From Azolla caroliniana (lineage: Eukaryota; Plantae; Polypodiophyta): a stretch of 64,000 bases of DNA. The notes under the pieces are model-generated. The model saw only the letters and a list, made by a program, of their open reading frames with translations, ran no database searches and was not told where the DNA came from. This document shows, piece after piece, positions 14,171-27,100 of the stretch (position 1 is its first letter; the number at the start of each line of letters is the position of its first letter). The DNA lies in the NCBI GenBank assembly GCA_043228905.1, contig JBHGNT010000010.1, forward strand, positions 22,196,001 through 22,260,000, read 5' to 3'. Position numbers and translations under genes: made by a program.

Positions 14171-15821
14171 TTCTATCTCATATGAGGCAAGATTATTAAT
14201 GGTATGGAAGTGTTGATGCTAGAGGTTGTTTTTCTATATATATGTCTAGAAATAGTGATTAGAGTTCTAGTAGGAAGTGAAGCCCAGCTTAGTGAAATGT
14301 TCATGCTTTATAGGCTAGACATAAGTTTGAACTATTTTGGAAGTCTTTGCAGGTGAATTGAAGATTGAATGCAGACGTGGTGTTGAGAAAAGATATATAG
14401 TAGGCCTGAACTTCAAGTTTATGGTGAAACTTGCCTTATATCCTACTAAATCTTAAGCTCGAGGGACATGGAATGAAGGTAAACTGAAGGGACATTTAGG
14501 GACTAAAGTTCTGCCTGTAGGTTCTGTACAATCTTTCTGTGGTATGAGAAATGTGTGATAACTGATTGGCTTCGTGATTTGTGCAGGAATGGCAACAGCT
14601 GAGTAAGAGATAAGCCCTGCTATGCTGGGCTACTCTGATTAGAACAAGCATGTAGCAGGTCAACCTTATGACAAAATAAAAGGGTTTCGAGTTGTGACTT
14701 GGTTCCCTGGAAAGATTTGGTGATGGAGAAGAGAAAAGTTGTGACCGATGCACTTCGTGAGTGTTCACCAAATTTCCAGCTCTTTGCATTGGCGTTGCCC
14801 TGGATGGTTGGAGCTGCTGAAGAGGCATGAGTGTGTGGACATCAGCTTACTGCAAGATCTATCATTTCTTAATTTCATGTTTGGTCCAGTATTTTGCCTG
14901 AAGAGCTAGGCACCAACAATATATTGGTTCAGGGGAAATGCTGAAGAACGTTGATTTTAGTAGTCTCAATAGATTCTCGAATTTGCCACAGATTTGAAAT
15001 GTTTTACTAGTATTGGAAGTAGAACAATGGCATCTCATCTCATCTGGGGAAATGCTGAAAATGTTGATTTTAGGCTCAATAGATTCTCGAATTTGCCAAG
15101 GATTTCTCAGTAGAACAATGATTTCACTTGCTCTTAAGACGAACTGTGATTTTGAACAATGACAGCAATATATTGCTACTTTAGAAAACAATGCAATCTT
15201 TTTAGTTGTGACACTTTCTTTTGTTCTTCAAAATTCAGATTTGCAATATTGAAGTGAACTCCAAAGGAGTTTTCAAAGCTTATCTTATTGTTATCCTCGA
15301 AACCTCATGTAATGTGTGTTCAGCTGATAAGCAGCTCTTGATACAGCATGATTAGTATGTTTAAATTGCTCAAATTTGTCTTCTTCGTTAGTTTGTGAAC
15401 TTTTCAATTTTCCAAACTTATGACCAAAACAATATGCATCCTGTGCACACATTCAAGTTCTTGAGTTGCAAACATGAATGGGAAACAGGAATTACTACGA
15501 TTCATTGATCTAGATTGTTGTGGAAACATGTGAGAATCTTGAAAGTCTCCTCGAGAACCAACTAGATGAAGTTGATGTGCACTTCCCAAGAGTCAGCGTG
15601 TGTGCCTCTTATGTGAAATTCCTTGAAGCCTCAATCGATTCTGACTGAAATTGCATGTCACATGTGTGAAGGGGACACTGAATCTGAAGCGAGACTGCCA
15701 GCACCCTAAAGTCAGGGAATCTCTATATGAAAATATTGGAGAGAGAGAGTGTGTGATTCCATACAAATATTATTTGTAGCCGTTTAGACGTAAAAACAAA
15801 ATTCAGACATTGAGATGACCG

Positions 15822-15855
<34 letters not shown>

Positions 15856-16429
15856 AATGGACAAATTATATACTTAGAGCATCAAGTGTGAAGGGAAATT
15901 ACAAATTCCATATTCGAGGAAGGGTGAAGGATGTGAAAAAGGAGGAGTTACTGCAGTCTGCTACTATTAAGCGCAGTAACATTGATTGGGGTTGTCATTT
16001 ACCTTAGATCTCACTCTACTAAGTCTGGGGCATATTTACTGCAAATACGAACATACGTACATACGTATGTATGTATATTTGTTATTCCGACGAAGATAAA
16101 CAACAAAGCGAAGTTGGGAGGTCTGGCCTCTGCTCTGTATTTACTATTTATTATGTGAGTCTACTATACCATTTCTTTAAATTATGTATGTATTACATAT
16201 TTGAAGTGTCTGTCTCGGTCTCGGTCTGTGTGGTTTTCGATCTGGCGCCCGATACGCAAGTCAAAAAAACCATCATTCTCTTCCACTACTACTTTATATA
16301 TATATATATATATATACCTCAGAGCGATAGCGACAGCGGCAGAAACAGAGACAGAGTCCGCTTCTTCTTCTTCTTGCTCTGTTAGGATATATACATACAT
16401 ATTGATATACCCGGAGCGGAGCAAAAAGC

Positions 16430-17551
16430 ATGGAAGTGAATGGTGTGAATATACTTGGTAATATACTGCTGCTACTCCTGTGGTTGACAATGATTAGAGG
16501 AGAAGGTACTTGTTGTTGTTGTTGTATGTTACAGAACTCGGTGTCTTACTGCGTTGCGTGCATGTTGTGTGTCGTCTCTGTGTTGGTTGGTGTTTGGTGG
16601 TGGATCAATGAAGAAGGATGGTTTGGTTTAGTTATATATATATATAAAATTTGATATTGAGAATGAAGCTCTGGCAGCTGAATCCATGGCGATCCTGAAG
16701 AAGCCTGCGATGGCAGAGGTGAGGAGGCATGGCATAGCCATAATTAAGTATAGTTCCGGCAGGCGAATCCTCCTCCAAACGACGACGACGACGACGACGT
16801 CGACGGAGACATCACCGGCGCAGTACTGCGTGGCAATGGCATCGACAGGCGGCCTGCAGGCGGCGCTAGACTGGGCTTGTGGAAGCGGCAGCGGCCTTGG
16901 GAATGTGGACTGTAGCGCCATACAGGAGGGCGGTGCCTGCTACTCCCCCAACTCACTGCAGGCCCATGCATCCTATGCCTTCGATTTCTACTACGTCCAG
17001 CAGGCTGGGGCTTCCGCCTCCTGCGACTTTGCCGGCCTCGCCACTACCACCGACACCAACCCAAGTAAAATACTACTTCCAAATTTTTTAATGCAAAATT
17101 CCCATCCAAACACAATCACAATCACAATCACAATCACAATCACATCCCTGCTGCTGCTGCTGCTGCTGAATATGATTTTCCTTCTCATTCTCTTTTCCTT
17201 TTTTTTTTGTTTTTTCCCTGGCGCGCTGCAGGTAGCGGGAGCTGCGTCTACCCTTCTCTCTCCTCCGGGTCTGTATTTGCATGACTAGTTAGTTCTTCAT
17301 TCATTATTTTTTTACGATCATTATATTTTGCAGCTGTAGCAGCAGCTCTGGTTATAATTCAATTCATCCTCCTTCCTTGGCTTTGCAGTGTGCCATCTTC
17401 TGCTTCTACTTCTAGTAATGGGACCTCCTCCTCCTCCTCCTCCTCTGGGCCTTCTTCCTCCCCTGATTCGCCCAACGGTGCCCTCTCCTCTCACCATCTT
17501 GGCCGCCCATCTCTTTTCATCCTCACGTTATTAGTTGCCCTGATGAATTAA
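16430..17551 (+). CDS. X8 (CBM43) domain GPI-anchored protein, PDCB-like (plasmodesmata callose-binding)
   Basis: Signal-peptide exon from 16430; X8 exon ~16678-17064 (YCVA...LQAALDWACG...DCSAIQEGGACYSPNSLQAHASYAF...CDFAG); exon SSGSCVYP ~17232-17267; Ser-rich linker and hydrophobic GPI tail ending TAA 17551. Confidence 0.88.
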
Positions 17552-19454
17552 ATTGCTCTGCACTCTGTCTGATATGCAAGGAATCCATGCCTGCCCTTTT
17601 CCTCATCAAATCCTCAGATTCCTCTTTTGCGCGCTCAATTCTTTCACAATGTGCCCACTCACTCACTCCATTATTATTGCTCCACCACAGGCAATTTTTT
17701 GATGCATTTAATTATTATCATTACTTATGACCTGCCTCGATTCTATGAATTTTTATCTGTATAAATGGAACTCCAGCAGATGAGCAACCAAAATACATAT
17801 ATAATTTGGGAGTTGAACTCTCGACTGAGTCTTTTTAAGCGTATGCCATTGGTTTTGATGGGGTAAATAATTGAGAGAGATGCTATTTTGACATCAATAC
17901 ATACATAGTTTGAAAGGTGAAAAGCATATTGGTTTTTTTTAATTATATGTAGTATATATAGACGAAGTGGCCCAGCCACTAAGTCCCTCTTTTTGGTTGT
18001 CATCAATGATCCTCTCTCCCTTGCTCTTTTGATTCAAAATAAATAGCACATCCTTATAATAAGCATTTCATAGTTAATTACCTTCAAAATTATGGCAACC
18101 TCATGATAGAATTTGTAATAAATGTATAATTGTCAACCATATGTGTGCATAGCACAATGAATCAGTTGAAGTGAACTACTTACTTGACTCTTTGTATGGG
18201 TGAAGCCAAATTGGTAATGGTGGCCAGAGGTGAGGTACAAAACGTGAGCCGATTGCCAAGCCTCTTCTATCTGTTTTCTGACATATTCTTCTTGTGTTTT
18301 GATTGTATATGCATACATATTATGCATGCACAGATAGAAGCAAAGCCTCTAGCTGTTGTTACATGCACACTTCCAGTTACACACACGTTCACACCAAGAT
18401 CTTTCCTCTCTTAGCATTTTGTGTGGTGTGTGTGTGACTGTTAAGCTCTTTCTTCACAATACTTCTTTCTGGTCAAGGCATTGCTTCTTTGATTTAAATG
18501 GTGTTACTAATTAATTGCGTCTTTGATTTAAATGGTATAGTGAGTGTGATATGAATATCTACATGTACATGGTGGACCTGCTAAGACAATGAAGGCCCCA
18601 AAAGAGTATATATTCACATGTTCACACTCTATTCACATTTTACTGTGGTTCAAACATGGCTACTTTGCTATTCACACGTACCAAAGTTCAACATTATGAA
18701 CATATTTTAACACCACACTACAATGGAGTAGTAAACTCCCGTTTCTTGGTTCACTAAAAACACCATCGATATAAAACATGTTAACCATATTCATCTTCTT
18801 TGGGTGACACGATCGTGTTCTTTGGGATTCTCTTTTTTGTTTGATTGATTTTGTAAATGGTGGAGTGCGGGTGGACACATCAAGTGTGAAAAGGGAGAGG
18901 GAAACAATGATATATATTTGTTACACCAGGTGAGTGTGTGTGGAATCGATTCTTTCACCGGAAAGTGTTTGACAAGATAACGAAAACTTCCCGAAAGGTT
19001 TAGATAATGAAAGAAAATGTAGAGACGGATTGTAGGGAACAAATCTCATGCATATCATCCCTCTTTTTCTATCACTCACTGGGATCAGGGCTTATCACTA
19101 ACTACACACTCATTATTTACCTGGGAGGCGCCATTCCTACTCACACCCTCCATTCTCACCTTTATTGATTGTGAACTTCAGCTTTTAACCAATTTAGAAA
19201 AAACAAATGCTGGAATGCATATAGAGACATTACATACTATGCAGATGTATATATATATATATATATATATTATGACTCGGTGCTTTTTTTTCAGAGGCAT
19301 AGAGAGCGGATGATGTAATGTTGTGATTTGTGAAATAGCGATATGTAAAGCTGCTTCGTCAGTGCCCCACCACATAATAACAAGCAGAACCCAGTAGTAG
19401 TAGTAGTAGAAGAAGAAGAAGAGAAGGAAGAATACACAGAAGAAGCAAGAAAAC

Positions 19455-21326
19455 ATGGGTCTAGTTAAGCTTGCACTGACTGATGCAGCCATTACTTTCT
19501 TGTGGACAATCTACATAGCTTCCATGAGACCTGTTTCGGTTCTGTTGGCTTCCTCAGTAAGTTTCCTGCAGGGAAACGAGTTTTCCATAATTTTGGGTTT
19601 GTTAGCACTAAATATATTTATCTTTAGTATGCTTGGTCGTGCCCTTGGAGGAGCCTTTTGGAACCCCACCGCTCTCTTAGCATTCTACTGTGTTGGAACT
19701 AGCAAAGATACTCTGTTCTCCATGGCTGTCAGATGGCCTGCCCAGGTATTCTTTCAAATTCACGTTTGTTTTTATGTCTAATCGTGCCCTTTGTGGATAT
19801 AATTACTTACTATGTGCTCTTTGCATATACACGCATGATTAGTTTGCCTTTATGTATGATTAGCGTTCCTTTTATGTGAGCCATGTCTTTTATGGTTAGC
19901 ATGTCTTTCACGTGTAGCCATGTCTTTTAGGCATATATATGCATGATCAGCAGCATGCCTTTCATGCGTGGCTGTGTTATTTATTCATGTATGTGGACGA
20001 ATTTCATGTATGCCTCTCATGCGTGCATATATTTTGACGAATTAGCATGCCTTGCATGTGTACCAGTATTGTTTTTACATATGTCTGCATGAATTAGCGT
20101 GTTTTTCATGTGTGACAGTACCAATTTTCCATATTTTCTAATGAATTATTATTCTTTCAGTTGTAATCATATCTTTTATGCTGCACAGTTCAAGTGTATT
20201 TCATGTATAACAATGTCATTCATGCATATACCTGCAGCCATGTCTTCTATGTATCTACCTCCACTGGTAACATGTGCAACCATGTCTGTTCTGCATTGTA
20301 CCATCTACTTTCATGGTTTTCATGTGAATGATACCTCTCATGCATGTAACTGCATGTCTCTAATTTGTGACCATGTCCTTCATGCAGGACCTGCATGTTT
20401 CTGATGTGCGTCCGCATCTTTTATGCATGTGCCTGCATGCGTCTGATGTTTAATCATGCTTCTTGTGCATGTGCCCGTATGTGGAAAGCTGTTTTTTGTG
20501 CATATACCTACATGATCAATGATGTTTTTTGTGGCTTTAATTTGTTTATTTCTGGTTTTGTACATATACCTACATGATTAATCATGTTTTGGAGGATCTT
20601 TTGCAAGACCCTCAATGAGAGTGGCATGCGTTACTTATTGTTAAGGATTCGCTGATACTTTAGGCTGCGGGAGCTGTGGGAGGAGTGCTTGCAGCAAAAG
20701 GATTTGTTCCTCCGCAATACAAGCATCTCCTTTGGGGACCTCGATTGATGGTGGATTTCAACAAAGGGGTCATTTCCGAATTGGTTTTGACCTTTCTCAT
20801 GACATTTTCTGTTCTCATGGCGGTCTTCAGAGGACCTAATAATGCATTTGTGAGGACGTGGCTGATCATCCTAGCGACATATGTTGTGATTATACTTGGC
20901 GGGGGCTATACTGGACCATCCTTGAACCCTGCTCATGTATGAACTCCCACCCTCCCCTCTAATCCGTTTATTTTTTTGAAGTCTCCCAAGGTATTGTGTG
21001 TTGGACTATGTATATTGAGTATTGTGGATGAAAGTTTCTGGTGAGCTTTTTACAATATCGGGAATAAAATAGGGCAATGCTCATTGTAATTCATATCATT
21101 TGCAGTAAGACTTATTTCTCTGAACATCTTTAGGAGACTTGAATGCGTGACATTTGATTTATGGTATATTTTGTAGGCTTTTGCTTGGGCATACTTGGAT
21201 GATAGACATTATAACTCGGAGCATTTGTTCGTGTTTTGGCTGGCTCCTCTTGCGGGATCGATGATGGCTGCATGGGCTTTCAACCTAGGGTTTGCTCGAA
21301 AGAGCCCTAAGGAGAAATCTGCCTAA
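19455..21326 (+). CDS. SIP1: Aquaporin, small basic intrinsic protein (SIP), 237 aa
   Basis: Exons 19455-19745, 20664-20936, 21177-21326. Motifs GGAFWNPT and YTGPSLNPA; the C-terminus KEKSA* fits the KxKxx ER-retrieval signal. Confidence 0.92.
19820..20590. repeat. Degenerate CATG/GCATG-rich short-period minisatellite in SIP intron 1
   Basis: Recurring gcatgattag / catgtcttt / catgc motifs at roughly 40-bp spacing. Confidence 0.6.
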
Positions 21327-23559
21327 ATTCGTAAATCATTTTGTGCAAATGATTGGTTGCTTGAATTGAAGAGTTCTTTAGGAAAGATAAGCACCACTTG
21401 CCATTTATATGCATTAACATTCTACTGAAACCTTTCTCAATTGTTTGAACACGAGGGTCATGCCTCCACAAAGTATAACAAATGATTGTTTGCTATGGAA
21501 GATCTCCATTTTGTTTCTATTATGTTTGATCAATTATGTTTCACATTGACGGGCAATAAGACTGACACGAGTCTGTGAAAATATAATTTTCTTGTGGTAT
21601 TCGATTCTCAAATTGCAGCCCTCTGTGGTGGTCGTTTGAATTGAAGCTAGGGCTGCTTATTGTAATACAGAAAACTAGATAGGTATGTTCTACAAATTCA
21701 TTAGCCTTTACCTGGGGTAAAGTCAATCAGACAATTGTTCTATTTAAGTTTGTAACTGATAAGTAAAACACAATTGTAATGCATTTTCTAAATACTTGAT
21801 TGTTTAACTTGTTTAGAGAGAGAAACAGCTAAGAGCAATAATGTGAACTGTTCTAGCAAACAAACAATGAAGGAGTGTGGCCCTTGGTCGGAGATGCGTG
21901 TGACAAGCATGTGTGTCATTGAGATTGTGGAATCAAATTAAGGTACAGATTGATCCATTACTTAGACACAGCCAAGAGTAAACCAACCAAATCCAGATGG
22001 TTCTGGTTGTAGTCTATAAGAAGTTGGTTCTTGTTGTGTATGTCTCCTAGTTCCATCCTAATTCTATCTTACCCATGGTTGAGGTTTTCCTTGTCAATCG
22101 CCTAGAGCCATTTTTAGGGGCTTCATGTAGATTGGTGTAGTATGGGATGCATCTTTTACTGAAGTTGGCTAAATGGGCATCATGTCTTAATGTCCCAATT
22201 GGGAGCAAAATAATTCTCTCTAGCATCCTTTGCATTTCTAACTAAACTCAATTCCATGTTTATGGGAGGCAATATTTTCCTTAAATTTCTTATATCAAAT
22301 GGTAGTGAGAACGTTTCTTGTGATTGTCTTTTGTTTCTTCCCTTGTAACAAATGTTAGCAAGTTGTGTGACAACATAATAAAAGTTGTATCCTTTGCATA
22401 GGTTCGAAACCATAAAAAGAGCTATATCATAATTGAGGTAGGAAAAAAGCAACTATGATTGTCTTTATCATGTTTATTGTAAGATAAATCCAAATGTTTG
22501 GTATTTTATATATAGAGACAAATGTTTGTTTTGTAACAAGTATGTTCTGAAATTGGGTGGTTGAACTAAACACGTTTGATGCTTATAGATATTGGAGACA
22601 AATATTTTCTTGTAGCATGTGAACAGTTATGGAATGCGTGATAGATTTGAATATTAGCACAACTTATTTTTGGAGTTTTGGTGAATATGGCACACGAGGT
22701 CCATCCCTCATGTTTCCATCAAATATCTTTTTGGGTCAAATAGTAAATCCTAGAGTATGCAAATATCTTTCAATAACATAAATTGTTTGGGTGACCTTTG
22801 ACCCAAGAATTTAGTTCTATCAACGCCCTACGATCACAAACGTTTGAGTGATCCTTAACCTTTTCAACCAACTAAGGAGAACATGGTTTTTTTTATTACC
22901 CTAAAATTTTGTTGTTGCCGAGTATCAGTCAAACATCTCTAACCAAACCAAATGCAATAGTTCAAGGCTACAAAGGCTCTTGGTAAACCTCAAACAAACC
23001 CTAGGCAAAAGCCTAAAATATAAATGTAATTGTGCTTTAAGGACTTTTATCCTCCCATTTTAGCTTGAGCATCTACAATTCACCATCTTCCTAATCATAT
23101 TGTAGTAAGCTCGCGCATTAACCTCCTCAAGCCATTGTACTTCTTCCAAGTGCTAATAAATGAGAATATCAGATATTTTGGTGAATTTTGACTTTATTGT
23201 TCTTTATTTAAAGTGTTGTTTAAGTCTCCCAATGTCTTGTGGTAAGTGTTAATTGCGGAGTGTGATTAGGAGGGATTGATTAAAGTTTGCTTTAGTGCGT
23301 GGTGCATGCATTAGTAGATTGTTATAGTAAAAGCAAATGGGATTTCTACACATATATCATGACGTGCTAGTGATCCACATTGTATTGTTTTCAATTATCT
23401 GAATCTTCTATTCTTTATAGCCTCCTAACTTTAAAACCATTCTCTCTACCAAACCTCTTTAAATTTGGTCTCATTTTGTGTATTCATGGCTATAAACATC
23501 CTTAAAACTCTAATTATTGAGAGATAGAGAGAGATGTATTCATTTGAAGAGTTATGATT

Positions 23560-23960
23560 GGAGCTTTACATTGGGGGATGTATAAAAAAAAGAAACATTA
23601 CTAGGGATACATGTTTCTTTTGTTAGGTGGAATTGGAACATAGTAGGCAATGGGCATCGATTTCTTTTATGTCTGATGGCTAGGATGGTTTGGAAGTGTA
23701 TCAATTTAGTGTAGATGTCTCTAACTAGACTAAGCCTATCTTCCATCAATTGAGTTTTTGCACATGTGGAGAACAATGAACCGATACCTCATTTCCAAAT
23801 TATTTTTAGTTCTTGAGGTATTGGGGGCTATGGTTCAATTGGAATATGCAGAATGCCTTCACTTTTGATTCGCGAATTGGGTGAGAAAATATGTTGTAAA
23901 CGTAAAAGGACATCTTTTGTGGCAATTGATAGTGCTAGAGAAGCGAAATCTCAACCATGA
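23560..23960 (+). mobile_element. Degenerate L1 LINE 3' remnant (zf-RVT-like)
   Basis: Broken frames read TCFFC*VELEHS..HRFLLCLMARMVWK, resembling the CxxC-E-H-C-VW zinc knuckle downstream of plant L1 RT. Confidence 0.5.
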
Positions 23961-24187
23961 AGAGGGAGAACTCTGCACTATCACATATAAATCATGTTCG
24001 CCATTTGAATTGGTGTGTAGGGTGACATTGAGTTTGCAGTCGTAGTAGTACTTAACTCCCTAGAAGGGTTCTATACTTTGTAGTAAGTTAGTCATGGTGG
24101 TGTTTTTTTCTTTTCTAACGAAAGCCATGATTTACGGATAGAGAGAGAGTAGCTCAGTTGATAAGGTTCCTCAGTGGAGATCAAGAG

Positions 24188-27100
24188 TATTATAGATCTA
24201 GATACTAAAGTAAGCTTAAGATAAGGATAAAGAAATGAAAGATAGAAAGGAGAAAGAGAAAGAAGGGTGCCGATCCACCCTACCACCCCCGAGCGAAGGG
24301 GTCGAGACGGACTCGAGCCTCGTTCGGCGTCCCATACCACCGCCGTGGCGTCGAGTCGTACTTGGTGCTGGCGCGCTCGCTACAAGAGTTGACCCACCAC
24401 ACGAGCAGAGTCTCGATGTAGTCAAAAGATGCTCAAATGAGGGTAGTTAGGCCTCTTATTTATAGCGATACCCAAGGCCCCTAGGCAAGTTCACACTTGA
24501 CCTAATGGGTTGTCTCAATCCCGAGGATTAAAAGTAATCCTCCCCTTCTTTACACTCTCGTTTAACCCTCACACTTATCCACGTGTATAGAATACTACGG
24601 TAAATTCTCACCACGGGATATTATATGGTCATGCTCGTAACATACTCCCCCTCTTTAAAACATTGCACTCTTGCAATGGAAAGTTAGGGAAATTAGTTCT
24701 GAGAGTATTTTCGCGTTCCCATGTGGCATCTTTTATTGATTTATCCATCCATTTTATTTTAAATTCTCGGATTTCTTTAGTACGTAATTTTTTTGTTTTA
24801 ACATCGAGAATTCTTTCTGGTACATGTGGTTTAGAAGATAATTCTTCAGAAGTAACCAGAGTTTCAGTCGTAACTGTATTGTCGCCAGAACCTAGAAGTT
24901 CTTTTAGACGACTCACATGAAAGACTGGATGAATTCCGACACCATCGGGAAGAGCGAGACGATAGGCTGATGACCCAATGCGTTTGAGGACTGTAAAAGG
25001 TCCACAAAACCGTGGGGCTAACTTAGCGCACTTACCCGTAGACAGTGTCTTAGAATTGTGAGGTACACGTAAAAATACCTTCTGTCCAGGGTTGAATACA
25101 CGAGGTTGCCTATGATGATCGGCATAAAAACGCGCTCTATCTTGAGCTGTTTTTATATTATCTCGTGCAATATGCAACATATCTTGCATATCCCGAAGAA
25201 AGTTTTGCGTACTTCGCAACTCATCATGATGTATATTAACATCAATCGGGGCTCGTGGCTGAAAACCATACATCAACATAAAAGGACTATATCCCGTCGA
25301 CGTATGCTTGGAGCTGTTATAAGCAAACTCCAAAATTGGGAGATAACGTTCCCATTTTGTTGGTTTTGCACCAACGTATGCTCGAAGCATGTCCTCAATA
25401 ATTTGATTTACTCGTTCTGTCTGTCCATCGGATTGAGGATGATCCGTGGAGCTCATGCTCAACGTAATTTCTAACTTCTTAAAGACTTGTGTCCAGAAGT
25501 CACTAGTAAACTTTGGATCTCGATCACTCACGATATCCATCGGTAACCCATAAAAACGAAACAATTCGTCAACGAATTGGTAAGCCAATTCAGGAGCTGT
25601 TACCGTGGTTTTAGTAGCAATAAATCTGGCCATTTTAGTTAGTCGATCAACGACAACCCAGATGGCATCATGACCTTTTTGGGTGCGAGGAAGGCTAACA
25701 ATAAAATCCATGGATATACTTTCCCACTTATTATTGGGAATGTCCAAGGGATGTAGAAGTCCTGCAGCTTTAAGTCGCTTGGCTTTGTTAACCTGACACT
25801 GGTGACAGTTAGTCACATAGCTATGTATGTGAGGACGTATCTTAGGCCAATAAAATTGAGTGGAGATGAGAACGAGTGTACGATGTATTCCAGGGTGCCC
25901 TGCTGAGGGTGCATCATGGCATTCAAAAAGAATCCTCTTTTTGACCTCGGGTAAATCTGGAACACAAACCTTCCCATTACGGTAGAGCAAACCGTTAGCA
26001 ATGTGGAAGTATTCCTTCGAGGATGTGGTGGTGTCTGTTCCAGACTCAACTCTTGCCCAGTATTTTGCAAAATAACTGTCATCAGGATACTTTCCTCGAA
26101 GGTGATCATAAAGATCTGATGATATTGCAGTGAAGCTAAGCATGTTAACTTCACGGATGCGACTTAGTGCATCAGCGATAGTGTTCATGGAACCTTTACG
26201 ATATCGTATGGAAAAATCAAAGTCCTGGATGAGATCAGCCCATCGTGCCTTACGACCTTTCAGGTCTTGTTGGTCACAAAAATATTTCAAGGACTCGTGG
26301 TCCGTAGTTACCACAAAGTGATTTCCATAAAGATAATGGCGCCATGTTTTGAGCGCATGTATAACTGCAAATAATTCCTTTTCTTGAACGGTATACCGAC
26401 ATTGAGCAGAATCAAGTTTCTTACTCTCGAATGCTATTGGTTTACCATCTTGATACAAGACATCACCTATAGCATAATCGCTTGCATCGGTTTCAACCTC
26501 AAAAGGTTTTGAAGGATCAGGTAAAAGAAGTGAAGGAGCCTTGCAAACCAGGTCCTTGAGTTCCTTAAAGGCAAGGTCTAGTGTAGCATTCCACACAATA
26601 GGTGTTGTAGACTTACGCGTTTGACCTTTTAAAAGATCAGTAAACGGCATCGTCAATTGGGAGTAATTACGAAGAGACTTTCGCAAAAACCCACAAAACC
26701 AAGGAATGATCGAACTTCTCGAATATTCCGAAGAGTGGGCCAAAGCTTGATTTTCTCAATGCGAGAAGGATCAATTTCAACTCCTCGTTCGGTTATGAGA
26801 TGTCCTAGATAAGTAATTGATTTCTTGAAGAACTCACATTTTGAGATCTTCGCATAAAACTGTTTGTCACGCAATGTTTGTAAAACAAAGCGGACATGTC
26901 TAGCATGTTCTTGTAATGTACGGCTATAAACTAAAATATCATCCAAGAAAATAACGACAAATTTTCCAAGTTGTTCTCGGAAAATGTCATTCATTTCTTG
27001 TTGAAAAGTAGCCGGAGCATTGGTCAAACCAAAAGGCATAACCAAAAACTCGTAATGGCCATAGCGCGTACGAAATGCCGTTTTAGGAACATCGTCCTCA

